Shown here piece after piece: positions 62,865 to 64,000 of a stretch of DNA of 64,000 nucleotides (position 1 is its first letter; every line of letters begins with the position of its first letter). Made by a program: the position numbers and the translations under genes. The DNA is from Andalucia godoyi And28 (Eukaryota; Protista; Jakobida). Under the pieces are notes generated by a model. The model did no database searches. It worked only from the letters and a program-made list of their open reading frames with translations, and was not told the DNA's origin. The DNA is taken from positions 21,584-85,583 of the forward strand of contig VRVR01000036.1 of NCBI GenBank assembly GCA_009859145.1, written 5' to 3'.

Positions 62865-64000
62865 ATGTGGCAAAGACGATCGCGGGACTCGCAAGGCGGG
62901 GCTTTGGTGGACGGAAATGGAAAGAGGCGGCATCGGGCGCATGCAGTGCGATGGACGAGCGGGGATGATGAGCTATTACGGCAAGCCATTGTAAAGTACG
63001 GAATGGACGGCAACTGGTCGGAAAAGGCAGAGATGGTTGGAAAAGGCAAAACTGCCGACCAGGTGTACCAACACTGGCACCGTGTGCTGTGCTGCACACG
63101 CACTCCGCTTACGGCTGCTGAAAAGGCGGGAATCCTCCTCATGATCCAGATTTGGAGGGATGCCAAACACTGGACTGACATGGGCCGCATCCTTGGAAAG
63201 GTCACTGGGACTCCCCGGACAGGCATTCAAGTCCGTTCCAAATGGTTCGATCTCGTCTCCAAGTTTCCCTCTTCTTCTTCCGCTTCCCCATCGTCCTCCT
63301 TGTCCTCCAATTCGTCGTCGTCGCCGGCCAATCGCGAATGCGACGAAATTCTATCCAAGCTGTGCAAGCAAGTTGCCCGGAATCTAAAGGCATCCGATAC
63401 ATCCTCCTCATCTTCTGCAATGTCATTGCAGAGTCAACAGGAAGAGCTGGAGCACGTGAAGTGCGTGTGTCGTGTCTTTCTGACTGCGGCCGAGGTTGAC
63501 GCAATCGAAACCGAAGTCAACCGTCTCATTCGCCGTGACCAGGTTCAGCAGCATCATCAGCGGCAGCCGTCCTCCACCACAGTGTCGTCGTCGTCGTCGT
63601 TGTTGATGTCATCCACTGGTACCATCGCTGACGCTTTGTCACTTCCGTTGTCATTGTCAGTATCCGTGTTGCCGTGGGGTGGATCCGATGGGGATCCATA
63701 CAGCGCGAGCCCTGTCTATCGACCAACGCCGCCACCGACAACAGGAACAACGGCCATGGGCTACGAGACTGCGCGCTGCTCAGTTGCCTCCGTGTCTACT
63801 CTCTGTGACGAGTTACCCCGCACCAGCAGCAGCATGACGATGCTTCCCTACTCGATGCTCAATCTCCTCATGGACGATCACTACATGCACATGCTTTTCC
63901 CATCTTCGACTCGCTCTCAATCTCAGCTCCCTTCCGTATCCGAGATGCAATCACCTATGGAAAACGCAGGACTGCAAATTGATTGGCAGTGCACGGATTC
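62865..64000 (+). CDS. Divergent two-repeat Myb protein (subfamily B, copy 2), 3'-partial; not in the supplied ORF track
   Basis: Translated by hand from ATG 62865 and open to the window end: VRWTSGDDELL...GNWSEKAEMVGKGKTADQVYQHWHRVLCCT...WTDMGRILG...RTGIQVRSKW. Confidence 0.88.
   Translation, partial: MWQRRSRDSQGGALVDGNGKRRHRAHAVRWTSGDDELLRQAIVKYGMDGNWSEKAEMVGKGKTADQVYQHWHRVLCCTRTPLTAAEKAGILLMIQIWRDAKHWTDMGRILGKVTGTPRTGIQVRSKWFDLVSKFPSSSSASPSSSLSSNSSSSPANRECDEILSKLCKQVARNLKASDTSSSSSAMSLQSQQEELEHVKCVCRVFLTAAEVDAIETEVNRLIRRDQVQQHHQRQPSSTTVSSSSSLLMSSTGTIADALSLPLSLSVSVLPWGGSDGDPYSASPVYRPTPPPTTGTTAMGYETARCSVASVSTLCDELPRTSSSMTMLPYSMLNLLMDDHYMHMLFPSSTRSQSQLPSVSEMQSPMENAGLQIDWQCTD

Overview
Eukaryotic, gene-dense, intron-poor DNA read with the standard code, most likely from a protist; the taxon cannot be fixed from sequence alone. 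GT-AG introns are clearly resolved only in the MFS gene. There are three zones. (1) About 1-25.6 kb is accessory-looking: a Nudix gene broken by a 22-bp duplication, an LRR/Cys-rich/multi-TM receptor, a 3647-aa intronless hybrid PKS-NRPS (KS-AT-C-A-PCP-KS-[AT remnant]-KR-ACP-TE), an EamA/DMT transporter, a gustatory-receptor-like 7TM protein, a frameshifted Fanzor2/TnpB relic and an MFS transporter. (2) About 26-51 kb is mostly housekeeping: a TRF-like telobox Myb, kish/TMEM167, UTP20, a CM1/centrosomin-motif coiled coil, a TBC1D20-like GAP and PUM3/Puf6. (3) About 43-64 kb, overlapping zone 2, holds six related atypical two-repeat Myb genes; the last is absent from the ORF track because it runs off the window. 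No rRNA, tRNA or CRISPR array could be supported. All family calls are motif recognition by eye, not database searches.
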